From: Rubrobacter sp.
Lineage (GTDB): Bacteria > Actinomycetota > Rubrobacteria > Rubrobacterales > Rubrobacteraceae
Direction of reading: 5' to 3'
Assembly (NCBI GenBank): GCA_013695335.1
Contig: JACDAR010000157.1
Span: 1-50,246, forward strand
Length of the DNA: 50,246 bases
In this document: positions 1 to 9,070 of the stretch, in pieces
Numbering within the stretch: position 1 is the first letter of the stretch
Layout of the letters: every line of letters starts with the position of its first letter
Translations under genes and position numbers: made by a program
The notes under the pieces: model-generated
Seen by the model: the letters and a program-made list of their open reading frames with translations, nothing else
Told to the model about the DNA's origin: nothing
Database searches by the model: none

Positions 1-790
1 CCATCGAGACGCGGGCCACCTCGCGCCGCACCGGATCGAAGCTGGAAAGCACTAAGGTCTCGGGGGTGTCGTCGATGATCACATCCACCCCTGTGGCCGC
101 CTCGAACGCCCTGATGTTCCTGCCCTCGCGGCCTATGACGCGGCCCTTCATATCGTCTGAAGGCAAAGCTACAGCCTTGACGGTGGACTCCGCAGTCAGG
201 TCGGAGGCGAGCCGCTCCATGGTCGTGGAGATGATCCTGCGCGCTTCCACGTCGGCCAGCTCCTCGGCCTCCATCGTCCTATCGCGCACGAGCCTGCCCA
301 GCCTGCCCTCGAGCTCCGACTCCAGGTTGGAGAACAGCCTGCTCTCCGCCTCTGCGCGGGTGAGACCTGCGATCTCCTCTAGCGCCCGCACGTGGTCAGC
401 CGCGCGGGATTTGAGATCCTCTTCCGCTGACCGGAGTTTCTCTTCGGCCTCAGAGAGACGGCGGTGGCGTTCATCAAGTTCACCGCCGCGCCGGTCGAGG
501 GCCGTATCCCGGTTGTCCAGGCGCTCTTCGATGCGTGAGATCTCAGCCCGCCTGGAGCGTACCTCCGCCTCGGCCTCGTCTTTTATCCGCAGGGCCGCTT
601 CTTTTGCCGCCAGTTCGGATTCGCGCCTGGCTGAATCCGCGGAGCGTTTGGCATCCTCGATTATGGAATCGGCGTCAGCCCGCGCTCCCGCTTGACGGGA
701 GGCCACAAACCGCTTGTAAAAGAAGAACCCCAGGACGGCGCCGAGGATGAGCCCGGCGGCCAGTCCCAGGACCAGAAAAAGGTAAGTCAC
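1..790 (-). CDS. rny: Ribonuclease Y, N-terminal part; the gene continues past the left edge of the window
   Basis: Absent from the ORF track because there is no stop in the window. My minus-strand translation from GTG at 790 (GGAGG 7 nt upstream) stays open to position 1. It gives [27 protein letters not shown] (membrane anchor), a long E/R/A coiled coil, then the KH motif [26 protein letters not shown]. recA-recX-rny synteny supports the call. Confidence 0.9.
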   Translation of the reverse strand, partial: MTYLFLVLGLAAGLILGAVLGFFFYKRFVASRQAGARADADSIIEDAKRSADSARRESELAAKEAALRIKDEAEAEVRSRRAEISRIEERLDNRDTALDRRGGELDERHRRLSEAEEKLRSAEEDLKSRAADHVRALEEIAGLTRAEAESRLFSNLESELEGRLGRLVRDRTMEAEELADVEARRIISTTMERLASDLTAESTVKAVALPSDDMKGRVIGREGRNIRAFEAATGVDVIIDDTPETLVLSSFDPVRREVARVSM

Positions 791-842
791 GAGTTGTCCT
801 CCAACAAGGCCGCCCTAGCGGCGGCCGGATCATAGTTCCCGA

Positions 843-1469
843 CTATTCACCGGCTTCCGGCGACCCGGCCTCCCGATACCTGCGGGCGACCTCTGCGCAA
901 ACGTCCGCCGAGTAACCCCGGCGCGTCAGAAAGCCGTAGACCCGGCGCGCCTCGGCGTCGGACCCTCCCGTATTATAGCGCCGCGATGCCGCGGATAAAG
1001 CGTCGTCGAGCTCGGAATGTTCCGCAAACTCGTCGTCAACCGCCTTCTGGGCGGTTTCGGAATCCACACCGCTCTTGCGGAGGTCCGCCGTTACCCTGCG
1101 GGGTCCGTACTTGCGCGCCCGCTGCCTGGCGACGTTGCGGGCAAACTCCTCGTCGTCCACGTAGCCGAGTTCCTGGAGACGCTCCACCACGGCCTGGATA
1201 GTCTCCTCCCCAAACTCCCGGCGGCGGAGACGGGTCCGGATTTCACCCTCCGAACGGGCGCGATACCCGAGCAAATTCAATGCCCGGCCCATGGCGAGCG
1301 CCCGCTCCCCAGCGACACGGGCTCCTTCGAGTTCCGAGTCAGAGAGCGCGGCCCCTTCATAAAGACCGCGCTCAGCCGCCACTGTGGCGTCTATCTCAGC
1401 CCATAGTTCACCATCGACGTAGACCTTAGCCCTGCCCCGCCGCTCGCGTATGCTGGTTACTCGGGGCAC
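843..1469 (-). CDS. recX: RecA regulator RecX
   Basis: 208-aa ORF immediately downstream of recA. It shows the RecX-type three-repeat helical pattern (LLGYRARSEGEIRTRLRRREF, FARNVARQRARKYGPRRV, VYGFLTRRGYSADV). GTG start. Confidence 0.85.
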   Translation of the reverse strand: MPRVTSIRERRGRAKVYVDGELWAEIDATVAAERGLYEGAALSDSELEGARVAGERALAMGRALNLLGYRARSEGEIRTRLRRREFGEETIQAVVERLQELGYVDDEEFARNVARQRARKYGPRRVTADLRKSGVDSETAQKAVDDEFAEHSELDDALSAASRRYNTGGSDAEARRVYGFLTRRGYSADVCAEVARRYREAGSPEAGE

Positions 1470-1514
1470 GCTATACCTGGGCCAGCCGCGCTGGCCGCGT
1501 CCGAAATTAAGCGC

Positions 1515-2630
1515 CTAGAGAGCGCGACGCCCGGCTGGCTCGCGGTCGGGGCTACCGGAGATTCCCTCAGGGGAGTCAGGTACTTCATCGGCTGGCAAAT
1601 CTTCCTCGGGAGGAGCTTCGATCGGCGCACCGGAACTATCGAGGCCGAGCTTCTCGTAGATGTCGTCGAGGACCCGGCCGCGGACATCCTCGTTGTTCTT
1701 GAGAAATTGCTTGGCGTTCTCCCTGCCCTGCCCGAGACGCTCGTCTCCGTAGGCGAACCACGCCCCGGATTTCTGAACCACGCCCTGGGCGATGCCGATA
1801 TCGAGCAGGCTCCCCTCCCTGGAGATGCCCTCTCCGTACATGATGTCGAAGAAGACCTCCTTGAAAGGCGGCGCCACCTTGTTCTTGCGAACCGTCACCT
1901 TGGTCTGGTTGCCAACGGTGTCTGTCCCGACCTTTAGCGCCCCGATGCGGCGGATATCCAGTCTAACGCTGGAGTAGAACTTCAAGGCGCGGCCACCCGG
2001 GGTAGTTTCGGGGGAGCCGAACATCACCCCAATCTTCTCGCGGAGCTGGTTGATGAAGATGCAAGTCGTTCCAGACCTCGACAACGAACCCGACAACTTC
2101 CTCAGGGCCTGGCTCATCAGGCGGGCCTGGAGCCCCACGTGGGAGTCGCCCATCTCGCCTTCGATCTCGGCCCTCGGGACGAGCGCGGCGACGGAGTCTA
2201 TGACCACCACGTCGACCGCGCCGGAGCGTATGAGGGTGTCGGCGATTTCGAGCCCCTGCTCGCCGGAGTCCGGCTGGCTGAAGTACAGGTTGTCTAGGTC
2301 AACGCCTATGGCCTTGGCGTAGGCTGGGTCGAGGGCGTGCTCGGCGTCTATGAACGCGGCAAGCCCGCCAGCCTTCTGGGCCTCGGCGATGATGTGCAGG
2401 GCCACAGTAGTTTTGCCGCTGGATTCGGGGCCGTAGATCTCCACTATTCGCCCGCGGGGAACCCCGCCGACGCCGAGTGCCAGGTCCAGGGCCAGAGCGC
2501 CCGTGGGGATCGAGGGAATCCTCCGCAGTTCCCTGTCTCCCATGCGCATGATTGAACCCTTGCCGAACTGCTTCTCGATCTGGGATACGGCCGCGCCCAA
2601 CGCTTTGCTCTTGTCCAATGCATCCTCCAA
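1515..2630 (-). CDS. recA: Recombinase RecA
   Basis: [16 protein letters not shown], Walker [19 protein letters not shown], and an acidic C-terminal tail. The track start is TTG at 2630. A second in-frame TTG at 2618 sits 5 nt after GGAGG and gives the more typical N-terminus MDKSKAL. Confidence 0.97.
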   Translation of the reverse strand: MEDALDKSKALGAAVSQIEKQFGKGSIMRMGDRELRRIPSIPTGALALDLALGVGGVPRGRIVEIYGPESSGKTTVALHIIAEAQKAGGLAAFIDAEHALDPAYAKAIGVDLDNLYFSQPDSGEQGLEIADTLIRSGAVDVVVIDSVAALVPRAEIEGEMGDSHVGLQARLMSQALRKLSGSLSRSGTTCIFINQLREKIGVMFGSPETTPGGRALKFYSSVRLDIRRIGALKVGTDTVGNQTKVTVRKNKVAPPFKEVFFDIMYGEGISREGSLLDIGIAQGVVQKSGAWFAYGDERLGQGRENAKQFLKNNEDVRGRVLDDIYEKLGLDSSGAPIEAPPEEDLPADEVPDSPEGISGSPDREPAGRRAL

Positions 2631-2645
2631 ACAGCGGCTGTTCGA
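2626..2645. promoter_or_regulatory. Palindromic element between the recA promoter and the SD (operator-like)
   Basis: Minus strand: TCGAACAGCCGCTGTTTGGA. The core AACAGC-C-GCTGTT is a perfect 6-1-6 palindrome (2630-2642). Confidence 0.3.
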
Positions 2646-2686
2646 TGCCAGACCGCCTGCGTCTCTGGGCTTCTCTCTACTGTTTC

Positions 2687-2714
2687 ATTATACCGGTGCG
2701 ACAGGGGCTCCCAA
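2687..2714 (-). promoter_or_regulatory. Candidate recA promoter
   Basis: Minus strand: TTGGGA (2714-2709), 16-nt spacer, perfect TATAAT (2692-2687), about 55-65 nt upstream of the recA start. Confidence 0.4.
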
Positions 2715-2753
2715 CACCCCAAAGATGCGCGCACGGGAGAGAATGCGGGTGGA

Positions 2754-3638
2754 TCAACCGCCGGTCTTGAGCGTCCAGTCGCGGGTGAGAACCTGTCCGC
2801 TCTCACCGAGCACGCCAACTTCCTGCCCGTTCACACTCACCTTCACTGCCCCTGCGTCGCCAGTAGTGAGGCTAAGTTCGTGCTTCGCCTCGAACGTCAT
2901 CGAGAAGCCGGGCCTCGCAACCTCGGCGAACGATGTAGACCCATCGGCCCGAACTTCAAGCCAGGATGGTCTCTTGTCGACGCTGACCTCAGCCTGCAAC
3001 GTCTCGACGGATGGTGCTTCAATCGTGGTCTCCTCAGTCCGTCCAAAGGAATTTTTGGTGGGATCGGTGTTCTTGCCGGTGGCCCTGTCCGACGGGGAGC
3101 CTTTGCCCGAAGCCTGATCTTTCCCATTACTTTTAGAATCCTGAGCGGCGGCCGAGGAGTTCGTTTCGGAGTAGGCTTGTGAGCCCCTTCCAATATAGTA
3201 GAGGCCCCCTATCACAAGCGCGAGAACAAGGACTGCCACCACGATGGTGAGGATGGTTCCACCCGAGATCCTGCGCCCTCGCGCCCCTGAGACGCCGCCG
3301 ACGTTGAGCAAGGGTTGCTCCAACTCGCTTCTTTGAGGCTCGGAATCGTTTGACAGGCGTTCGCGGCGCGACCTCCTGCGGCTCCTGAATTCCAGGGAGA
3401 TCGCATCCCCATCTAGGCCGAGGTAGTTGGCGTAGGTTTTGAGGAAACCCTGAACGTAGACAGCGTCGGGCAGGATGCTGTAGTCCTCGCGCTCCAACGC
3501 CTCCAGGTAGCGCTTGCGGATCTTGGTCGCCTGCTCGACTTCTTCGAAGGAAAGCCCCTTCTGCGTGCGGGCATCCTCCAGCTCGGGGCCGATACTGCGG
3601 CTGTCCGGCGAAGAAGGGCTATGTTCCTCATCACTCAT
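2754..3638 (-). CDS. rodZ: RodZ-like protein: N-terminal Xre-type HTH, one TM helix, C-terminal DUF4115-like domain
   Basis: The N-terminus (LEDARTQKGLSFEEVEQATKIRKRYLEALEREDYSILPDAVYVQGFLKTYANYLGLD) matches the RodZ HTH region. It is followed by the TM segment ILTIVVAVLVLALVIGGLYYIG, a low-complexity linker and a C-terminal beta-rich domain. The position between ftsK and recA matches Bacillus ymfM/rodZ synteny. Confidence 0.6.
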   Translation of the reverse strand: MSDEEHSPSSPDSRSIGPELEDARTQKGLSFEEVEQATKIRKRYLEALEREDYSILPDAVYVQGFLKTYANYLGLDGDAISLEFRSRRRSRRERLSNDSEPQRSELEQPLLNVGGVSGARGRRISGGTILTIVVAVLVLALVIGGLYYIGRGSQAYSETNSSAAAQDSKSNGKDQASGKGSPSDRATGKNTDPTKNSFGRTEETTIEAPSVETLQAEVSVDKRPSWLEVRADGSTSFAEVARPGFSMTFEAKHELSLTTGDAGAVKVSVNGQEVGVLGESGQVLTRDWTLKTGG

Positions 3639-3665
3639 GAACTGCGAAATCCTATCATAGACCCC

Positions 3666-6002
3666 CTACCAGCTTCCCTCCGGCCCGAAGTCTAATGAAT
3701 CTGGGACCGCGTCGCTTTTCCCATCGTCCTGCTCGAAGATTCGCGGAAGGTCGAGTTCCGAGGCAACTACCGACCGGCTCTTTGATCCCTCGTATGGCCC
3801 GACAACGCCCCTGCGTTCAAGCGCGTCGATGATCCGTCCAGCCCGTGAATATCCAACCCTGAAACGCCGCTGCACAGCGCTCACGGACGCCTGCTGCGTG
3901 GAGACTACGAAGCTGGCCGCGTCTGGCAGCAGATCATCATCAGGCTCGTCAGTCTTCTTCGGATCTTCTTTGGGCTGCGTCACCTCTTCGACGAAGTTCG
4001 GGGAAGCGTCGCCTGAGGCAGATGCCGCGCTGGCAACGACGATCTCGCCCACCTCGCTCTCGGAGATGAATGCGCCCTGAACACGGGATGGCCGCATGGC
4101 GGAGACGGGTTTATAGAGCATGTCGCCCATGCCGAGAAGGGCTTCCGCGCCTGGGGTGTCCATTATGACGCGCGAATCCACCTGGCTGGAGACGGCGAAA
4201 GCGATACGGCTCGGGATGTTGGCTTTGATCATGCCGGTTATCACATCCACCGATGGCCGCTGCGTCGCCACCACTATATGAATTCCCACGGCCCTGGCCT
4301 TCTGCGCAAGCCGGATTATGGAATCCTCGACCTTGGACGCAGCCTGCATCATGAGGTCGGCCAGCTCGTCTATCACGATGACCACGTACGGCATCGGGGT
4401 CTCGGCCCTGTCGTTGTAGCCTTCGAGGGAGCGGGTCCCCATCCTCTCGAGCACCTCGTAGCGGCGTTCCATCTCCGCGACTGCCCAGAGCAGGGCGTTT
4501 GCAGCTTTCTTCACGTCCGTTACCACTGGGGTTATGAGGTGCGGCACCTTCCCGAACTGAGACAACTCGACCCGCTTGGGGTCGATGAGGACCATCTTGA
4601 CCCGCCTGGGATCCGTGGTGAGCAGGAGCGATGTGAGGAGGCCGTTCAGCATCACGCTCTTGCCAGCGCCCGTGGTGCCCGCGACTAGCAGGTGGGGCAT
4701 CTCCGCGAGATCCAGGAACACAGCGCGACCGGAGATGTCCTTGCCAAGCCCGACGGGAAGGGTCCAGTCGTTGCCGTGCGGATACTCCCTGAATACGTCG
4801 CCAAGCGTGACGATTGCTGCCTTCGTGTTCGGCACCTCGACACCGACGGCGCTTTTGCCTGGTATCGGGGCCAGAATTCGTACCTCGGTGGCCGCCAGCG
4901 CATAAGCGATGTCCTGCTGGAGGTTCCTGACCTTACCAACCTTCACCCCTGCCCCGAGCCTGAGTTCGTAGCGGGTCACCCTCGGTCCCACTACTGCCCG
5001 AATTACCTGCGCCTCGACCCCGAAATCCGCCAGCGCGCGCGTTAGCCTGCGGCTGGTCCCCTCCGCGTCGTGCTCCGGATCCCCACTCCCCGCCTTCAGC
5101 ATGGTCAGCGGCGGCGGCACGTACTCGCCTGATGGTACTTCCCTGTTCTCCACGAAATCCACGGCCCGGCTCTCCGGCAGCACTACCTCGAACTCACCCG
5201 CTGGCTGCACATCCTGATCGTAGACTTCGACCGGGGGAGGCTCTTCCTGAATATTTTCAACGGGGAAACCCGTCTCGTCGAACGGCTTCCGGTCCCGCGT
5301 CCGCCGCGAAGTTTTCTCGGATTTATCGCTCTTGGTGGCTTTTTCCACGGCTGGCTTCTCGCGCGAACGCCACGCCTGCCAGCCATCGCGGGTGCGGCTG
5401 GCCGCAGAGCCGGAGGCTGATCCCGTTGCGTCGAACACAGCCTTCAGCGAGATTCCTGTGAGCAGGGAAAGCCCAAGCGAATACAACACCACGAGCGCCA
5501 GCGCGGCGCCCACGGTTCCGCCAGCCAGATACACGGCGTGGTACACACCGCTACCGACGATACCGCCAGCATCCGCGTACGACGAAGGCTCGAATCGTGC
5601 CCGCTCGGACAACCCGGCGGCGAAAGTAGTTGCCCCCGCCACGAGAAGAAATGCGGCGCCCGCCGCCCGACGCCACACCAGCCAGTTTACGAGGAGGCAT
5701 AAGCCCACCACGATGGCCAGTGGCGCGAGCAAGACTCCGAGCGTCCCCACCAGACTCTTCGCGGCGAAGAAGCCGGCGTCGCCGAGATATGCGCCTCGGC
5801 CCGTAACGAAAGCGGCAGTGAAGAAAAGCCCGACCGCGATCAATACGAACCCGAAGAACTCGCGGGAGATCGCCTGAGAGAGAAAATCCCTGAGCCGCGT
5901 GAAGGGACCGGGGCCCTTTTTCTTGCGGGTGGCCGGTTTGCGATCCTTGCTCGTGGTCTTTCTCGAAGCAGGCTTCTTTGGGGCCCGTTTACTGGTCGCC
6001 AT
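3666..6002 (-). CDS. ftsK: DNA translocase FtsK/SpoIIIE
   Basis: Basic N-terminus, four or more TM helices and a linker. Motor domain with Walker A GTTGAGKS and Walker B VVIDELADLMM. C-terminal gamma winged helix: ASVSAVQRRFRVGYSRAGRIIDALERRGVVGP. Confidence 0.95.
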   Translation of the reverse strand: MATSKRAPKKPASRKTTSKDRKPATRKKKGPGPFTRLRDFLSQAISREFFGFVLIAVGLFFTAAFVTGRGAYLGDAGFFAAKSLVGTLGVLLAPLAIVVGLCLLVNWLVWRRAAGAAFLLVAGATTFAAGLSERARFEPSSYADAGGIVGSGVYHAVYLAGGTVGAALALVVLYSLGLSLLTGISLKAVFDATGSASGSAASRTRDGWQAWRSREKPAVEKATKSDKSEKTSRRTRDRKPFDETGFPVENIQEEPPPVEVYDQDVQPAGEFEVVLPESRAVDFVENREVPSGEYVPPPLTMLKAGSGDPEHDAEGTSRRLTRALADFGVEAQVIRAVVGPRVTRYELRLGAGVKVGKVRNLQQDIAYALAATEVRILAPIPGKSAVGVEVPNTKAAIVTLGDVFREYPHGNDWTLPVGLGKDISGRAVFLDLAEMPHLLVAGTTGAGKSVMLNGLLTSLLLTTDPRRVKMVLIDPKRVELSQFGKVPHLITPVVTDVKKAANALLWAVAEMERRYEVLERMGTRSLEGYNDRAETPMPYVVIVIDELADLMMQAASKVEDSIIRLAQKARAVGIHIVVATQRPSVDVITGMIKANIPSRIAFAVSSQVDSRVIMDTPGAEALLGMGDMLYKPVSAMRPSRVQGAFISESEVGEIVVASAASASGDASPNFVEEVTQPKEDPKKTDEPDDDLLPDAASFVVSTQQASVSAVQRRFRVGYSRAGRIIDALERRGVVGPYEGSKSRSVVASELDLPRIFEQDDGKSDAVPDSLDFGPEGSW

Positions 6003-6068
6003 GCCCAGTAGTCTAGCGCATGAACCTGCGGCTGAGGGTCAAACGCAAGGTGTGGTGGTGGCTTCTAG

Positions 6069-7730
6069 TTAAACCTCAACTATTAGCGGCAGTATGATCG
6101 GGCGTTTCCTCGTGCGGTTCGATAGGAAGCTGGAAAGGTCGCGCCTTATCTCGTTTTTCAGGGCGCCCCAGTCCGTGATGTTGCGGCTGCCAGTTCTTTG
6201 GAGGGTCGTTGTGACGACGCCTATGGAGTCCTCGACTAGCCCGTTTGCGCCCTGGGGGGCGACGAAGCCGCGGGAGATCACATCGGGAGTCCCGAGAAGC
6301 TGGCCGCTCTGGGCGTCGATGCGGGCAACCACTATGAACATACCGTCTTCCGAGAGCTGCTGGCGCTCGCGCATGACGGCTGTCGAGGTGTCGGCGAGGC
6401 CGCCGCCGTCCACCAAGAACATCCCGGCCGCGACGTTCTTCACGCGCCGGGCCTCACCACCGTGGAACTCCAGGCACCCGCCGTTCTCCAGGATGAAGAT
6501 GTTCTCCTCCGGGATGCCTAAAGCGACACCGGTGTTCGCGTGGTGGCGCATGTGCCGGAACTCACCGTGCACGGGCACAAGGTAGCGCGGCTTGAGGAGG
6601 GAGAGAACGAGTTTCTGCTCCTCCTGCGCGGCGTGGCCCGAGACGTGGACGTTCGACACAGGGCTGTAGTGGACGTCGGCGCCCTTCTTCATCAGGCCGT
6701 TGATGGTGCGCGAGACGCCCCGCTCGTTGCCTGGGATGGGGTGCGCCGAGATCACGACGGTGTCCTCGGAACCGACCTCGATGGTGCGGTGCGTGCCTGC
6801 GGCTATTCTACTGAGTCCCGCCATGGGCTCGCCCTGCGATCCCGTGGTAAGTACAGCTATGTCGTCGTCGGGGACCTTGTTCACGTCGCGCTGGTCCACC
6901 ATCATATTATCCGGCAGGTCCAGGTATCCCAGATCGCGCGCGATCTGAACGTTCCGGATCATGGACCGTCCCGTTACGCCGACGAGACGGTCGTGTTCCT
7001 TGGCCGCCTCGATTACCTGCTGAATGCGGTGGATGTGCGAGGCGAACGAGGCGACGATGATCCTGCCTCCCGCGTCCTCGAACACCTGGTTCAGGGTATC
7101 CCCAACCACCTTCTCGGAAGGCACGTAGCCTGGCCGCTCGGAGTTCGTCGAATCCCCGAAGTAGGCGAGCACGCCCTCTTTGCCCAGCGCGGCGAAGCGC
7201 GCGAGGTCCATCGGCTCGCCCTCGATTGGCGTAAGATCGATCTTGTAGTCGCCGGAGAAAACAATGAGGCCAGCCTCCGTGCGGATGGCGACTGCTACCG
7301 CGTCGGGGATGGAGTGGTTCACGCCTACGAACTCGACGCCGAACGATGCGAGGCTGATCCTCTGTCCAGCCTGGACTTCCCTGAGATCCGCGTTCTTGAT
7401 CCCGAACTCCTGGAGCTTGCTCCTCACGAGCCCGAGGGTGAGCCTGGTTGCGTACACGGGCACCTGAAATTCCCTCAGCACGTAAGGCAAAGATCCGACG
7501 TGGTCCTCGTGACCGTGCGTCAGCACTATGCCTTTGAGTTCGTCTGCGTGTTCCCGCAGATACGTAAAATCGGGCAGGACGAGATCAATGCCAGGCATCT
7601 CCTCGTCAGGGAACGCCATACCGGCGTCCACCAGCATCATTCCGCTTCGCTGGCGCACGGCTGTCATATTCTTGCCGATCTCGCCCAATCCTCCGAGGGG
7701 CACGACCTGCAAGGTTCCGTTGTCTAACAA
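6069..7730 (-). CDS. rnj: Ribonuclease J (metallo-beta-lactamase / beta-CASP)
   Basis: LTHGHEDHVGSLPY motif, beta-CASP region, HVSGHAAQEE, 553 aa. TTG start preceded by AAGGAGGT. Confidence 0.95.
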   Translation of the reverse strand: MLDNGTLQVVPLGGLGEIGKNMTAVRQRSGMMLVDAGMAFPDEEMPGIDLVLPDFTYLREHADELKGIVLTHGHEDHVGSLPYVLREFQVPVYATRLTLGLVRSKLQEFGIKNADLREVQAGQRISLASFGVEFVGVNHSIPDAVAVAIRTEAGLIVFSGDYKIDLTPIEGEPMDLARFAALGKEGVLAYFGDSTNSERPGYVPSEKVVGDTLNQVFEDAGGRIIVASFASHIHRIQQVIEAAKEHDRLVGVTGRSMIRNVQIARDLGYLDLPDNMMVDQRDVNKVPDDDIAVLTTGSQGEPMAGLSRIAAGTHRTIEVGSEDTVVISAHPIPGNERGVSRTINGLMKKGADVHYSPVSNVHVSGHAAQEEQKLVLSLLKPRYLVPVHGEFRHMRHHANTGVALGIPEENIFILENGGCLEFHGGEARRVKNVAAGMFLVDGGGLADTSTAVMRERQQLSEDGMFIVVARIDAQSGQLLGTPDVISRGFVAPQGANGLVEDSIGVVTTTLQRTGSRNITDWGALKNEIRRDLSSFLSNRTRKRPIILPLIVEV

Positions 7731-7758
7731 AAGTTCTGATTACCTCCTTGTGAAGCCA

Positions 7759-7807
7759 TCAGCTTTCAGCATCTTGTTCTTGCTGATAGCTGACCGCTGA
7801 CGGCTGA
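7759..7807 (-). promoter_or_regulatory. rnj leader element: pentamer repeats on a 7-nt period forming alternative hairpins
   Basis: Plus strand: TCAGC at 7759 and 7766; GCTGA at 7782, 7789, 7796 and 7803. The best pairing is 7759-7770 with 7782-7793 (12 positions, 11 pairs). Confidence 0.5.
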
Positions 7808-7810
7808 TTG

Positions 7811-9067
7811 CTAATTCAGGTACCTCCCGAGGTCGAGCTCCTTCGGCCCGACGGCTGAGAGGTACATTGAGTCCAGGTTGAGGTGTTTCCGCGCCAGCCG
7901 CCTGATGTCGTCGGCGGTGACGGCTTCTATGCGTTCTGCTATTTCCTCCGGCTTCAAGAGTTCCGAGTCGGTTATGACGCTGCGCCCGACGCGGTTCATC
8001 CTGGCGGCTGTGCTCTCCAGTGCGAGTAGCGTGGAGCTTTTGAGTTGCTGTTTGGTGCGCTCGAGTTCCTCCGCCTCGACCGTCTCCTCCTGCACCTTTT
8101 CGAGCTGCTCGGAGATGATCTTCACCGCCTCTTCGACGTTGCCGGTCGTGGAGCCGACGTAGGTCTTTATTGCCCCTGCGTCGGAATATCCCTGATGATA
8201 GGAGTACACGGCGTAGGCCAGGCCGCGCTTCTCGCGCACCTCCTGGAAAAGACGGCTAGACATACCGCCGCCGAGAACATTGTTCAGGGCGGCCATACCG
8301 AAGCGGTCCTCGCTGCTAGCCGGAATACCGAGTGAGCCCATCGAGACGTGGTACTGCTCGGTCTCCTTGAACTTGTAGAAGAACCGGCTCTCCGGCTGCG
8401 TCGGCTTTGCCTCGCGCACGAACGGCTCGCCCTCTGGCAGCCCGGAGAACTTATCTTCGACCGCGCTCTCAAGGTAGTCTGGGTCGAGCTTCCCTGCCCC
8501 TACCACGAACACGTTGGCAGTGTTGTATACGTCGCCGTGGAAGCCGCGAAGGGTATCGTGGTCCACGCCGCGCACCGTTTCTGCTGAGCCGATGATCGGG
8601 CGTCCCAGGGTGTCGTCGTGGAAGATCAGGGAAGAGAGGTATTCGTCTGCCATCTGGTCTGGACGATCCTCGTACATCTTGATCTCCTCGACGATCACCT
8701 CCCGCTCGCGCTCCAGATCAACCAGCGTCGGGTTTTTGATCATGTCGCTGACGATATCCAGCGCGCGGTCGAGGTGCTCGGGGAGGAAACGTGCGTACAG
8801 CACCGTGTATTCCTCGCCCGTCGCAGCGTTCTCCTGGGCGCCGATGCCCTCGAACGCCTGGGCAATGCCGAGGGCGTCCATCGAGGGCGTGCCCTTGAAG
8901 AGCATGTGCTCCATGAGGTGGCTGATGCCAGCGACCTTGTCTTCTTCGTCCCGGGAACCGGCCCGGATCCAGATCCCCAGGGCGACGCTCGTCGCCTCGT
9001 TCAGGGGCTCGGAGAAGACCCGTAGTCCTCCCGGAAGAACCTTGTGCCTGACGTTTGGATCGCTCAA
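7811..9067 (-). CDS. M16-family zinc peptidase (pitrilysin-like), the pnp-linked type
   Basis: Inverted zinc motif HLMEHMLFKG (HxxEH), 418 aa. It lies directly downstream of pnp, as in many Gram-positive genomes. TTG start 3 nt after the pnp stop, with GGAGG 8 nt upstream. Confidence 0.85.
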   Translation of the reverse strand: MSDPNVRHKVLPGGLRVFSEPLNEATSVALGIWIRAGSRDEEDKVAGISHLMEHMLFKGTPSMDALGIAQAFEGIGAQENAATGEEYTVLYARFLPEHLDRALDIVSDMIKNPTLVDLEREREVIVEEIKMYEDRPDQMADEYLSSLIFHDDTLGRPIIGSAETVRGVDHDTLRGFHGDVYNTANVFVVGAGKLDPDYLESAVEDKFSGLPEGEPFVREAKPTQPESRFFYKFKETEQYHVSMGSLGIPASSEDRFGMAALNNVLGGGMSSRLFQEVREKRGLAYAVYSYHQGYSDAGAIKTYVGSTTGNVEEAVKIISEQLEKVQEETVEAEELERTKQQLKSSTLLALESTAARMNRVGRSVITDSELLKPEEIAERIEAVTADDIRRLARKHLNLDSMYLSAVGPKELDLGRYLN

Positions 9068-9070
9068 GTC

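Noticed and set aside
66-695. 209-aa plus-strand Ser/Ala/Arg-rich ORF at the left edge
   Set aside because: It is antisense to the clearly identifiable RNase Y N-terminal region, which the track omits only because the rny stop lies outside the window.
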